Positions 1 through 11,269 of a stretch of DNA of 64,000 bases are shown piece by piece. Position 1 is the first letter of the stretch. Each line of letters starts with the position of its first letter. The notes beneath the pieces are model-generated. The model worked only from the letters and a program-made list of their open reading frames with translations. It had not been told where the DNA came from and ran no database searches. The stretch covers positions 735 through 64,734 of the forward strand of contig JBEKTP010000003.1 of the NCBI GenBank assembly GCA_049515915.1. Reading direction: 5' to 3'. Made by a program: the position numbers and the translations under genes. The DNA is from Patescibacteria group bacterium (lineage in GTDB: Bacteria; Patescibacteriota; UBA1384; UBA12157; JAENIV01).

Positions 1-121
1 GCAAGTAAAATTCAGAAAGAACCGTACCGCCGGTCCAATAAAAATTTTTGGTTATTTCTTTATTTTGGTTGATAAGTTCCAAAAAGTTAAGTTGTCGGGG
101 AGAGAGTATACTTTTTTCCAT
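1..121 (-). CDS. AbiEii/AbiGii-family nucleotidyltransferase toxin, 5' part only (runs off window)
   Basis: Hand translation from ATG 121 gives MEKSILSPRQLNFLELINQNKEITKNFYWTGGTVLSEFYL. TGGTxLxxxYL is the typical AbiEii N-terminal motif. Not in the ORF track. Confidence 0.75.
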   Translation of the reverse strand, partial: MEKSILSPRQLNFLELINQNKEITKNFYWTGGTVLSEFYL

Positions 122-312
122 AAGATATATTCCAAAAATCTTTTTTTATAAGGGTCAAGTTGATCTTTTATATAAGGCCAGAGCTTTTTTAATTTTGTTC
201 GATCTAATTTTTCATTATCCAATCCAAAATTGATCATTTGTTCCATTTCCCAAATTTTAAAGACTCTTTGATTTTTTTTGAGTTGCTGTGTATCGACTGA
301 CCAATTAATCAT
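52..312 (-). CDS. Small hypothetical protein, probable antitoxin partner of the AbiEii-like gene
   Basis: 86-aa ORF overlapping the start of the downstream nucleotidyltransferase. Confidence 0.6.
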   Translation of the reverse strand: MINWSVDTQQLKKNQRVFKIWEMEQMINFGLDNEKLDRTKLKKLWPYIKDQLDPYKKRFLEYILWKKVYSLPDNLTFWNLSTKIKK

Positions 313-374
313 ACTGTTATTATACCTGATTTAATGATAAATTACAAACACACAGGGGGATTTAAATTATGCCT

Positions 375-1985
375 TTAATCATACTTGTTTAGAGTAGCTT
401 TAATGAACTCAATAAAAAGTGGATGAGGATCTAAAGGTCTTGATTTGAGTTCGGGGTGGAATTGGGTGGCAAGAAAGAACGGATGATCAACGATTTCAAT
501 TATCTCAACCAATTTCCCGTTTGGTGACGTGCCGGAAATAACTAGACCTTTTTCTTCTAATTTCTTTTTATATTTATTATTGACTTCATAGCGGTGGCGA
601 TGACGCTCGGAAATCGCGGATTTTTTATAAGCTTGGTAAGCTGTTGTTCCCGTTTTAAGTTTGCAAGGATAAGCGCCTAAACGCATCGTGGCGCCGTACT
701 TTGAACCTTCGAGCAATTTCTCCTGTTCAGGCATAATGTAGACGACTGGATAAGGCGTTTTAGGATCGATTTCGGTTGTATTGGCTTTACTCATTTGGCA
801 AGCGTGGCGGGCAAACTCGATGGTGGCCAGTTGCAGGCCGTAGCAAAGTCCGAGGAAAGGAATTTTCTGTTCGCGGGCGTATTTGATGGCCTGAATTTTT
901 CCTTCGACCCCGCGGCTGCCAAAGCCGCCGGGCACGACAACGCCGTCAATATCTTTCAGCATTTTTTCGGGGCCTTCTTTTTCAATTTTTTCGGCATCAA
1001 TCCAATCAATTTGAATTTTGACATTGTTGTAGACCGCGGCCGTTTTTAAAGCTTCAGTCACCGAATAATAAGTGTCTTTCATCCCCATATATTTCCCGAT
1101 TAAGCCGATGCGAACAACTTTATCAGGTAAATTCTCAAGTTTTTTTAAGAATTTGTTCCACGCTTGGCCGTTGTCTTTCTTTCCTTTAAGTTTTAATTTT
1201 TTGGCAGTAATTTTATGAAGATTAAACTTTTCCAAAACGACCGGCACTTTATAAACCGAATCGACTGTTTCCAAAGGGATAACCGCTTCTGAATCGACAC
1301 CGGTAAAGAGGGCAATTTTATTAAGGAGATTAGGATTGACTGGATGGTCGGATCGGCAAATTAAAATATCCGGTTGAATCCCCATCGCTTGAAGGTCATG
1401 GACGCTATTTTGAATTGGTTTCGACTTGAGTTCCTCGGAAGCGCCAAGGTATGGCAGAAACCCGACGTGAACGTATAAAACATTTTCCTTCCCGACATCG
1501 TATTGCATTTGACGAATGGCTTCGACAAAATGCGTGCCTTCGTAGTCGCCGATCGTGCCGCCGATTTCGGTAATTAAAACTTCGCACTGGGATTTTTTGG
1601 CGGCCGAAAATATTCTTTCTTTGACTTCATCAGTCACATGCGGAATCATCTGGATGGTTTTACCGAGGTACTGGCCACCACGCTCTTTTTCCAAAACCGC
1701 TTGATAAATTTGGCCGGACATCACCGAAGAAGTTCGATTGAGACTTTTATTTAAAAATCTTTCGTAATGACCCAAATCTAAATCGGTTTCGGCACCGTCG
1801 TCTAAAACAAAACATTCGCCGTGCTCGTTGGGGTTTAATGTGCCGGCGTCGACATTGAGATACTGATCGAATTTTTGCATCCAAACTTTGAAACCTTGAG
1901 CTTGTAAAATATTGCCGATCGAAGCGGCGGTAATGCCTTTGCCCAAACCCGATAAAACTCCACCCGTGACGAAGATGAATTTCAT
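375..1985 (-). CDS. pyrG: CTP synthase
   Basis: FVTGGVLSGLGKG, ETDLDLGHYERF, GLCYG, ERHRHRYE and QFHPE motifs. Confidence 0.99.
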   Translation of the reverse strand: MKFIFVTGGVLSGLGKGITAASIGNILQAQGFKVWMQKFDQYLNVDAGTLNPNEHGECFVLDDGAETDLDLGHYERFLNKSLNRTSSVMSGQIYQAVLEKERGGQYLGKTIQMIPHVTDEVKERIFSAAKKSQCEVLITEIGGTIGDYEGTHFVEAIRQMQYDVGKENVLYVHVGFLPYLGASEELKSKPIQNSVHDLQAMGIQPDILICRSDHPVNPNLLNKIALFTGVDSEAVIPLETVDSVYKVPVVLEKFNLHKITAKKLKLKGKKDNGQAWNKFLKKLENLPDKVVRIGLIGKYMGMKDTYYSVTEALKTAAVYNNVKIQIDWIDAEKIEKEGPEKMLKDIDGVVVPGGFGSRGVEGKIQAIKYAREQKIPFLGLCYGLQLATIEFARHACQMSKANTTEIDPKTPYPVVYIMPEQEKLLEGSKYGATMRLGAYPCKLKTGTTAYQAYKKSAISERHRHRYEVNNKYKKKLEEKGLVISGTSPNGKLVEIIEIVDHPFFLATQFHPELKSRPLDPHPLFIEFIKATLNKYD

Positions 1986-2077
1986 TGAGAACTTTTCTAG
2001 CCCTCATTAATTTAGCAACAACTTGCGAAAGTTGTCAAATTGTTAAGAAAAATTATACTATAAAAATAGGAGGATTG

Positions 2078-3478
2078 ATGAATATCAAATTTGGCACTGA
2101 CGGTTGGCGAGGAATTATCGATAAGGACTTCGATGAAGAAAATGTTAAGCTGGCGACGCAGGCGATCGCAAAGTTTTTTATTGATAATGGCAAAAAAAGT
2201 GTTGTTATCGGGTACGACGGCCGCCGCAAGGCGGATATTTTTGCGAACACCGTGGCCGAAGTAATGGCCGGCAATGGTATCAAAGTTTATTTAGTTGATA
2301 AACCCTGTCCTTCGCCAGTGGCTGGTTATGCTGTCATCGATAAGGGTGCGGACGGTGGTATAATGCTGACGGCCTCGCACAATCCGCCGGAGTTTTTGGG
2401 TCTCAAGTATATTACTGAAAAAGTGATGGTCGCACCGACGGAAGTGACCGATCAATTTATTAAGAATTTGGAAGATTTAGAACTGGCTGATGTTAAATTG
2501 GGCGACAAAATTGAAATTTTTGATCCGAAGCCGGCCTATGTGGTTAAAATCAAGAGTTTAGTTGATATCGAGAAAATTAAAAATTTCGAGCTTAAAGTTT
2601 TATTGAATCCGATGAACGGTGCCGGCGTGGGATATTTGGAGGAAATGCTTAAGGGTGGAAAAATTCAGATTGAAACGATTAATAACGAAGTTAAACCGGA
2701 TTTTGGCGGAAAACATCCCGAGCCGATTGTTGAGAAGAATGTCACCGATGCCATCGAAAAAATGAAAAGCGACAATTTTGATGTCTGCCTTTCTTCTGAC
2801 GGCGACGCTGATCGAATTGGTTTAATTGATGAAAATGGCAAAATGATTACCTCACTCGAAGGCTCTTTGCTTTTGGTTTATTATCTGGTCGTGGTTAAAG
2901 GTCAAAAAGGACCGATTGTCGAAACCTTGTCCAACACGGTGATGGGGGAAAATCTATGCAAAAAATATAACCTAGATTTTTATGAAGTCAAAGTCGGTTT
3001 TAAATATGTCGGCGAAAAAATGGCCGAAGTGGGGGCGATCTGGGGTGGGGAAGAATCTGGTGGCTCGGCAATTAAAGATTTTATTCCTTATCGCGACGCT
3101 CAACTGATGAATTTATTGATTTTGGATTTGATGGTAGAAAAACAAAGGCCGATTTCGGAAATTTTAGAAATCGCTAAAAAAGAAGCGGGCGGCGGTTATC
3201 AATTCCGTCGTGAAGATGTCCATTTCGAGTACGATCAATATGAAAAAATTAAAAACACTCAAGCGGCTGAACTGACCAAAAACCCGCCGAAAGAAGTTTT
3301 AGGCCGGAAAGTCGCCCGAACCCGGGACGATGACGGCTTAAAAATATATTTTGAAGACGGTTCCTGGCTCTTGATTCGCTTTTCAGGTACGGAGCCGGTG
3401 TTAAGACTCTATGCGGAAGCCAAAACAATGACTGAGGTTGATAAATTTATCAATTATGCCAAAGAATATTTTGGTTAG
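2078..3478 (+). CDS. Phosphoglucomutase/phosphomannomutase
   Basis: FGTDGWRG, TASHNP, DGDADR and RFSGTEP motifs. Start moved to ATG 2078 after AGGAGG. Confidence 0.96.
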   Translation: MNIKFGTDGWRGIIDKDFDEENVKLATQAIAKFFIDNGKKSVVIGYDGRRKADIFANTVAEVMAGNGIKVYLVDKPCPSPVAGYAVIDKGADGGIMLTASHNPPEFLGLKYITEKVMVAPTEVTDQFIKNLEDLELADVKLGDKIEIFDPKPAYVVKIKSLVDIEKIKNFELKVLLNPMNGAGVGYLEEMLKGGKIQIETINNEVKPDFGGKHPEPIVEKNVTDAIEKMKSDNFDVCLSSDGDADRIGLIDENGKMITSLEGSLLLVYYLVVVKGQKGPIVETLSNTVMGENLCKKYNLDFYEVKVGFKYVGEKMAEVGAIWGGEESGGSAIKDFIPYRDAQLMNLLILDLMVEKQRPISEILEIAKKEAGGGYQFRREDVHFEYDQYEKIKNTQAAELTKNPPKEVLGRKVARTRDDDGLKIYFEDGSWLLIRFSGTEPVLRLYAEAKTMTEVDKFINYAKEYFG

Positions 3479-3492
3479 TAATTGTTCTCTCT

Positions 3493-3534
3493 AAAAAAAG
3501 AGAGGCGCCGCGCGCTGGGGGAGCGCGGCGCCTC
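3493..3534 (-). terminator. Intrinsic terminator of the GC-rich unit 3500-4200
   Basis: GAGGCGCCGCGC/GCGCGGCGCCTC stem with a T7 tract on the minus strand. Confidence 0.8.
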
Positions 3535-3584
3535 GTAGCCAAGTTCGAGGCGGACAGCCACTTGGCTACAGCGAGATCGTTTGT

Positions 3585-3791
3585 CTAGGTGGAGACCAAA
3601 CCTCCATCCTTGCTTTGGGATAGGGTCTGGTCGGGATGCGGGCTTTTTCCCGCGTCCATCTCAGCGAGGAGTTCCGCGGTGGTCGTCTTGGACATCTTGG
3701 CGACGAAGGCCATGTCAATTCCTGGTTTCAAACATCGCTCTTCGTAGGACTTGACCTTGGCCTCTTGGGCCGGCGGGAGAGCGTCTCGCAT
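3585..3791 (-). CDS. Hypothetical protein (GC-rich unit)
   Basis: 68-aa ORF starting 3 nt after the stop of the upstream small ORF, with a GGGGGTGA SD. Confidence 0.55.
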   Translation of the reverse strand: MRDALPPAQEAKVKSYEERCLKPGIDMAFVAKMSKTTTAELLAEMDAGKSPHPDQTLSQSKDGGLVST

Positions 3792-3794
3792 CTC

Positions 3795-3914
3795 TCACCC
3801 CCTTTCTTTCCGTGGTGCTCTGGCGCTGATCGCCATAAAGAGGAAAAGGAACATCGGTCCTCCAATGGCAAAGGCTCCAAAAGCCCAACGAATCACCACA
3901 GCGAGTCCGTTCAT
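3795..3914 (-). CDS. 39-aa hydrophobic peptide
   Basis: MNGLAVVIRWAFGAFAIGGPMFLFLFMAISARAPRKERG with AGGAAAGG upstream. Confidence 0.5.
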   Translation of the reverse strand: MNGLAVVIRWAFGAFAIGGPMFLFLFMAISARAPRKERG

Positions 3915-3975
3915 CGGCCTTTCCTTTCCGCTGTTGGCTACATCTCTATCGGGTGTAGTGCGATGAGGCACTTGT

Positions 3976-4164
3976 TCACATCACCCGGATGATCCGTAAG
4001 AAACAGACAGTCACACAGGCGATGCCAATCACCAGACGATATCCTCTCTCAATGAGAGGATTGGATCTGAACCAAAACTTGCTGAAGATCGCTTACAGGA
4101 TCAGGAAAATCCCGCAAAGAGCGCAGAAAAGCGTCAGTCCGACAGAATAGACCGTTGGCCACAT
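3976..4164 (-). pseudogene. Small two-TM protein interrupted by an in-frame TAA (or a 23-aa peptide)
   Basis: GGAGG SD, then MWPTVYSVGLTLFCALCGIFLIL*AIFSKFWFRSNPLIERGYRLVIGIACVTVCFLRIIRVM*. Confidence 0.4.
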
Positions 4165-4275
4165 CGTCACGACCTCCGAAAGTTGAATTGTGAGGTAGCC
4201 CCTCAATTCTATTATGGCTCGCAAGGAATTATAAATACAAGAGATTGGAGTTCAAAAATAGATTCTTATTAATTC

Positions 4276-5244
4276 TTATATTATCAAACCCATTTTTTCT
4301 TTAACATCAGTAATGGTTTTTTGGGCGGCGGGAGCCAGTTTCAGAGCGCCGTCTTTAAGGATTTTCTTGATATCTTCGTCAGAAATTTCTTGGCGCTTCT
4401 TTTGAATCGGCTCGAGTTCTTTAATGATCGCTTCGGCGAGAGCGGGTTTAAACTCCGAATATTTAATCGTGCCGGCTTGGCGCTCTTTCATATATTTTCC
4501 TTCAGCTTCATGGCCGGCAAAAATTCCTATCAGCCCGATCAGGTTTTTGGTTCCTTCGGAAATCTCCTCACCTTGGCCAGTGTCGGTGGTTGCGGCCGCA
4601 ATTTTTTGGCGAATAATATCTGGACTATCAGAAAGCGCGATGTAGGTTCCCGGCGTATTTGATTTACTCATCTTACCTTTACCGTCGAGGCCGATGATTC
4701 TTTTCGTTTCTGTCAATATGGGTTTTGGTTCGATGAAAGTTTGGCCAAATTTGGAATTGAATCGCCGGGCCAAATCGCGGGCGAGCTCGATATGCTGGGT
4801 TTGGTCTTCACCGACAGGTACCCCTTCACCGCCATAAATTAAAATATCCGCCGCCATTAAAATAGGGTAATCGAAAAGACCCATCAATTGTTCGTGTTTT
4901 CCATGCTTTGCAGATTTTTCTTTAAACTGGGTCATCCGATTAAGTTCCCCCATCGTGGTAATTGTATTTAAGAGCCATGCCAATTCGGTGTGTTCGGGGC
5001 GGTCGGATTGCAAAAATAAGATCGATTTGGCTGGATCAATGCCCACGGCCAAAAGGTCTTTGGCGGCATTTAAAATTCGCGCGGGCATTTCTTTCGGATC
5101 GTAGTCAACGGTAATGGCATGGTAATCGACGACCCCAAAAATACATTCATTGTCATCTTGAAGAGCGACCCAGTTTTTCATGGCACCTAAATAATTGCCA
5201 ATATGAAACTCGCCCGAAGGCTGGATGCCGGAAAAAATTTTCAT
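4276..5244 (-). CDS. trpS: Tryptophan--tRNA ligase
   Basis: SGIQPSG, HIGN, VPVGEDQ and KMSKS motifs. ATG 5244 follows GGAGG. Confidence 0.98.
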   Translation of the reverse strand: MKIFSGIQPSGEFHIGNYLGAMKNWVALQDDNECIFGVVDYHAITVDYDPKEMPARILNAAKDLLAVGIDPAKSILFLQSDRPEHTELAWLLNTITTMGELNRMTQFKEKSAKHGKHEQLMGLFDYPILMAADILIYGGEGVPVGEDQTQHIELARDLARRFNSKFGQTFIEPKPILTETKRIIGLDGKGKMSKSNTPGTYIALSDSPDIIRQKIAAATTDTGQGEEISEGTKNLIGLIGIFAGHEAEGKYMKERQAGTIKYSEFKPALAEAIIKELEPIQKKRQEISDEDIKKILKDGALKLAPAAQKTITDVKEKMGLII

Positions 5245-5329
5245 AAAAAACCTCCAATATCGTTTATTTAATATTATCACAGGTGTGCTACGATACAAGC
5301 GAAAAATAATTTAAAATTTAAATCTCAAA

Positions 5330-6001
5330 ATGCAAAATGACAATGTAAAATTAAAAATTCAGAGTAAATATATGAAACGGGCTCGAATTATCGCTTTTTT
5401 ATTATCGATTGTGCCATTTACGCGGATGGTGGCGCTTGATGGCTCGTTGGCAAGAGGGGAGGCGACGGAAAAGTCGGATATTGATTTTTTTATTGTCTTA
5501 AAAACCGGCCGGATTTGGACCGGCCGGATTCTTGTCACTGCTCTAGTTCATCTCACTGGTCTTCGCCGCGCTGGCCAAAAAATCGCCGGCCGAATCTGTT
5601 TAAATCGCTACCAGACTGAGGATTTTTTGCTGATCAGGCCCAAGAACAAAAAAAACGCTTTGGATTATCGCCACTTTCGAGTGTTTTGGGGAAGTGCGAA
5701 ACTGCGAGCGCGTTTTTTTGACTTAAATAGCTGGATTCCGAAGAAAGGATACACCTTTACAAACAAAAATCGAAAACTGACATTTTGGGAGAAAGTATTG
5801 TTGATAATATCTTGGCCTTTTCAACGATTTTTCGAAATAATTTATGACGTTCTTTTTGGTGAACCAGGCGAAAAATATTTACGAAACTTTCAAATTAAGC
5901 GGATTTTAAAAGATCCGCGGACTCAACAATCATCAAATGAGCAAATTTTAATTTCCGATTACGAGCTTCGTTTTCACCCGCCAAAGGTATCGAGGGATTG
6001 A
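5330..6001 (+). CDS. Pol-beta-like nucleotidyltransferase domain protein
   Basis: GSLARGEATEKSDIDFF motif. The true start may be ATG 5372. Confidence 0.8.
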   Translation: MQNDNVKLKIQSKYMKRARIIAFLLSIVPFTRMVALDGSLARGEATEKSDIDFFIVLKTGRIWTGRILVTALVHLTGLRRAGQKIAGRICLNRYQTEDFLLIRPKNKKNALDYRHFRVFWGSAKLRARFFDLNSWIPKKGYTFTNKNRKLTFWEKVLLIISWPFQRFFEIIYDVLFGEPGEKYLRNFQIKRILKDPRTQQSSNEQILISDYELRFHPPKVSRD

Positions 6002-6036
6002 TTTTTCCGTTCTCTCTATGATATAGTTTCTAAGTT

Positions 6037-6924
6037 ATGACAAGGTTAGAGAAATCGATCTTAAAAACATTAGCTTTTTTTGATTTAAACCAAAGAGCAC
6101 TTGAGCTGGACGAAATTTGGCAATTTTTGTATCGAACTCGAGCAAGCAAGATTCAGGTTTTAATTGGTTTGCAGAATTTAGAAAAAAATGGCAAAATTTC
6201 GAAAAAAAATGAAAAATATTTTTTGGCCGGGCGAGGCAGAGTCGTGGTCGCTGAACCCGAAAAAGAAAAACTTTTGGTCGAGCGCTGGAAAAAAGTGGAG
6301 CGGTTCTCAAAAATTTTCCGTCACCTTCCGTTCGTCCAAAACGTCTCGGTGATTGGCTCGCTTGCGACGGGTGCTTCAAGTGAAGGATCGGATATTAACT
6401 TATTTATTATCGCTCGAAAACATCGGACGTGGCTAGCGAAAATCTTCGTGATGATCACCTTGGAAATTTTTGGGCAAAATAAAAATCGCTGGTACCGCGC
6501 GGGCAAGTTCTCGGTTGATTACGTTTTAGATGAGGGAGATCTTGATTTAGCCAAGCGCCAATTCAAAAAAGATAATTATTCAACTTACGCTCTGGCTAAT
6601 CTTACCCCGGTTTTGGACCGGGGTGGTTATAAAAAACTTCTGGCCGCTAACCTTTGGATTCAGCGCGAATTTCCCAATTGGCAAATTAAAGAAGTCAATT
6701 CGACCTCTTCTTGTTATACACCTTTAGAGAAGTTTATTTTAAGTAAATTCGGCCAGGCGGTCTGGGACTTAATTAAAAAGCTTAAACGAGTCAAAATTTG
6801 GTGGGATTACTTCAAAAATAAATCCCACGAGGCGGAACAAAAGTTAATTAAGTATCGAATCGAAGTTAAAAGGAGAGAATACCATCATAAGTGGCACAAA
6901 ATAGTTGAAAAAATTGTCCGTTAA
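6037..6924 (+). CDS. Nucleotidyltransferase-like protein with N-terminal winged-helix-like region
   Basis: GSLATGASSEGSDINLF motif. Paralogous to the upstream gene. Confidence 0.75.
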   Translation: MTRLEKSILKTLAFFDLNQRALELDEIWQFLYRTRASKIQVLIGLQNLEKNGKISKKNEKYFLAGRGRVVVAEPEKEKLLVERWKKVERFSKIFRHLPFVQNVSVIGSLATGASSEGSDINLFIIARKHRTWLAKIFVMITLEIFGQNKNRWYRAGKFSVDYVLDEGDLDLAKRQFKKDNYSTYALANLTPVLDRGGYKKLLAANLWIQREFPNWQIKEVNSTSSCYTPLEKFILSKFGQAVWDLIKKLKRVKIWWDYFKNKSHEAEQKLIKYRIEVKRREYHHKWHKIVEKIVR

Positions 6925-6941
6925 TAACCAAAATTTGGCCC

Positions 6942-6969
6942 TTGACAAAAACAATGCCTATTCTACAAT
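6942..6969 (+). promoter_or_regulatory. Sigma70 promoter upstream of groES
   Basis: TTGACA-16-TACAAT. Confidence 0.6.
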
Positions 6970-7190
6970 GGGTAATGATGGAAGTAGGTTATCCCCCTTC
7001 CTGCTTCCATCGCTAAAGAAACTTCATCAATGACTTGAAGTTTTTTTAGATCTTTGATAAAATAAAATGCTGTAAAGTATAGCCTCGGGTCGCCCTGTTT
7101 GCTCAGGGGCATTTCCTCGGCTAAAAAATATTTTTGAAGATTAAAGAGCAAGCAAATTAGAAATTTAAAATTTAATTTTTTGGAGGTAAT

Positions 7191-7478
7191 ATGAAAATTA
7201 AACCTTTAGCCGATCGCGTGGTGCTTAAACCACAAGAAGAAGAATCCAAAACAAAATCCGGCATTATTATTCCCGACACGGCCAAAGAAAAATCTCAGAA
7301 GGGAAAAGTCTTATCGGTCGGTCCAGGTAAATTTAGCAAAGGCGAAATCGTTCCTTTGACGGTCAAAGTTGGCGATATCGTTTTGTATAAGGAATACGGC
7401 GGCGAGGAAATTAAAATGGACGGCGAAGATGTCGTCATTATTAAAGAAGAAGATATCCTGGCGATTATCGAAGGATAA
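7191..7478 (+). CDS. groES: Co-chaperonin GroES
   Basis: [20 protein letters not shown] and VGPG motifs. Confidence 0.99.
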   Translation: MKIKPLADRVVLKPQEEESKTKSGIIIPDTAKEKSQKGKVLSVGPGKFSKGEIVPLTVKVGDIVLYKEYGGEEIKMDGEDVVIIKEEDILAIIEG

Positions 7479-7549
7479 TCACCCAATCTAATTAATAAAA
7501 TCCAAATTCCAAATAATTTAAAATTGGAGCTTTGGACTTTGGAATTTAA

Positions 7550-9199
<1,650 letters not shown>

Positions 9200-9274
9200 G
9201 CAGGAGACTTACAAATCTCAAAATTTAGGTAAAAAACACTATAAAAGAAGACCCTTCTGAGCTTGCTTTGGGCG

Positions 9275-9299
9275 GCTTGCCCTGAGCGTAGTCGAAGGG
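9275..9299. repeat. REP-like short imperfect palindrome
   Basis: GCTTGCCCTGAGCGTAGTCGAAGGG. Related copies at 15447, 16030 and 26067. Confidence 0.7.
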
Positions 9300-9320
9300 T
9301 TTTCTTTTGATTAGAAAAAG

Positions 9321-9382
9321 GGCGGCCAGCTGCGTTGCAGCTGGCCGCCTGTAGTCCGTGCATCGCACGGACGGGGACCTCA
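9321..9382 (-). repeat. Shared 3' double-hairpin/terminator module A, copy 1
   Basis: Near-identical to 11203-11269. Confidence 0.9.
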
Positions 9383-9462
9383 AGTTCGTAGTTCAGCTCG
9401 ACCGAAATCTTGACATCATGGTTTGGCCGAGGCTGTACTGTGCACGGCGTGATACTACTACG

Positions 9463-10242
9463 TTATCGCTCTGGCCCTTGTAACGTATCGCTCCTGAAGT
9501 GCCTTCTCATCGGTGGAACGAACGGCGGCGAGTAGCTGACCGAGACAAAAACTCTTTTTTGCTCGGCCAACAGCGCCTTGATCGCTTGATCGATCACTTC
9601 CACGTTCTCCGTGAGGTTCTCTATGAGAATCTTGCGGATGGCACGTTCCAGATCCTCGCACATGGAATCAAAGCCTGTTGGAGAGAAATCGTAATCGGTG
9701 GCCTTGATGAAAAACGATGCCTCCGCTCTTCGGTCCATGGAGTCTTTCGCTTCGATTCCACTGATGGTTCTGGCGGTGGAATAGAAGATGTGACCCTTTA
9801 GTCGCCAGATCCAGCTGCCACAGAAAGGCCAGTGGGTCTTCTTACCGATCCAGATGCCGACGATCTCTTTGCCTTTCTGGGCCACCTCGCGGGCTTTGAA
9901 TAATTCATCGAGCTCGTCGATGAACTGTCTCTTGTATCCCAGGTAGGCGATATTCACGCACAGGGCACACACGATCATCGCCACAATCCACATAATCACT
10001 CGCGTTGTAATAATCGGATGGTTGTAGTGGGCGGCGAGGATAGCCGCGGCAAGCACGGCCAGTGAGCCCAAGATAGTCCAAGCGCCGATTGAACGATCGT
10101 ATTTCTTGGACCGCTCGTTGATATGCGGGTACTCACGGTACCACTCGATCACGTTACCCCACCGGAGTGGGAGAGAGCCTGTCGAGCCAAGAGTGACGAT
10201 CGTCAGAACTACCTCAATCACGTCTATCAGCTTTTCCGGCAT
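9463..10242 (-). CDS. Hypothetical membrane protein (GC-rich unit), possibly with an SPFH-like C-terminal part
   Basis: AAAAGGAG SD before MPEKLID and 2-3 hydrophobic segments. Confidence 0.75.
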   Translation of the reverse strand: MPEKLIDVIEVVLTIVTLGSTGSLPLRWGNVIEWYREYPHINERSKKYDRSIGAWTILGSLAVLAAAILAAHYNHPIITTRVIMWIVAMIVCALCVNIAYLGYKRQFIDELDELFKAREVAQKGKEIVGIWIGKKTHWPFCGSWIWRLKGHIFYSTARTISGIEAKDSMDRRAEASFFIKATDYDFSPTGFDSMCEDLERAIRKILIENLTENVEVIDQAIKALLAEQKRVFVSVSYSPPFVPPMRRHFRSDTLQGPER

Positions 10243-10408
10243 TTGCGGCTCCTTTTGCCAGCAATCGGTTGGATTGTGGGGCATTGGCCCCACCGATTGC
10301 CGAGGCATTCGATTGTATTATATAAGAGTTCTCAAGTCAATTGTCAACAAAGTTAATAAGATGAAGGCCCGCCGGGTGGCGGGCCGAGAAGTCATGATAG
10401 TCGATGAA

Positions 10409-11083
10409 CTATCGGTGGAGGATCTTCGGCGCGGACATAATCCGCTTGGCTGCTTCGCCCGCGCGGTCGCTGGGTTCACCGAGCTGTTCTTTCACTGCGT
10501 CGTTGTAGAGAGATTCTGTAATCGCGAGCAGAGCATAGTGCGCTTCCGCGAGCGACTCATCGCGCGAAAAGGTATCGTCTGCGCGGATTCTCGGGATGAT
10601 CAACTCAATCTCGCCACGGTTGAAGAAGAAGCCCCATACGGGAGTGATCCCGAAGCCCGCCAGTTCGATACTGGTTGGGTAGAATTCGCCAAGGTGCTTT
10701 TTCATCCCGGGGCACTTGGCGAAAGCTTCTTTACCCAGCTCGTGATAGATCGTCGCCATCGCCCAGACGGCTGCCAGGTCAGTGAACGTCCGTGTGTGAA
10801 ACTGGGCGCTCATTGTTCTTTCGCCCTCAACTTTGACAGCGCGGAGTTGACCTTGGCTATGTTCTCCGCGGATCAGCGCCCCGTGGTGATAGTAGTCAAA
10901 CAACAGGATTGTTCGGGGGCTTAAGGGGATACTCTTACCGCGCGGAGGGGTTCCATCGAAACGGGCCAGCTGGAGGCCGAATTCCGCTGATTCGAGTTGA
11001 CCGATATCGATGTTGTCATCACTGGGCGAGAAGTCGGGCAATCGAAACCGGTTAATCTCGACGACAAGAAGCGTATGTCTCAT
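10409..11083 (-). CDS. Hypothetical protein (GC-rich unit)
   Basis: 224 aa, GAGGAAG SD, upstream TTGACA-16-TATATT and a GGCCCGCC/GGCGGGCC terminator near 10365. Confidence 0.75.
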   Translation of the reverse strand: MRHTLLVVEINRFRLPDFSPSDDNIDIGQLESAEFGLQLARFDGTPPRGKSIPLSPRTILLFDYYHHGALIRGEHSQGQLRAVKVEGERTMSAQFHTRTFTDLAAVWAMATIYHELGKEAFAKCPGMKKHLGEFYPTSIELAGFGITPVWGFFFNRGEIELIIPRIRADDTFSRDESLAEAHYALLAITESLYNDAVKEQLGEPSDRAGEAAKRIMSAPKILHR

Positions 11084-11202
11084 CTTCTTCCTCTTTCGGG
11101 CGAGGTGCCCACGGTGTATTCCGGTCAGAGCCGGTAGCTAAAATATATTTTAAAATGAGAATTTGTCAACAAAAAACAGATTTTTTCTCTTAGATAAGAG
11201 AA

Positions 11203-11269
11203 GACGGCCAGCTGCGTTGCAGCTGGCCGTCTGTAGTCCGTGCAAAACATCACACGGACGGGGACCTCA
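11203..11269 (-). repeat. Shared 3' double-hairpin/terminator module A, copy 2
   Basis: Begins at the TGA stop of the upstream gene and matches 9321-9382. Confidence 0.9.

Noticed and set aside
6970-7045. Fluoride riboswitch or CIRCE upstream of groES
   Set aside because: Neither consensus is matched.
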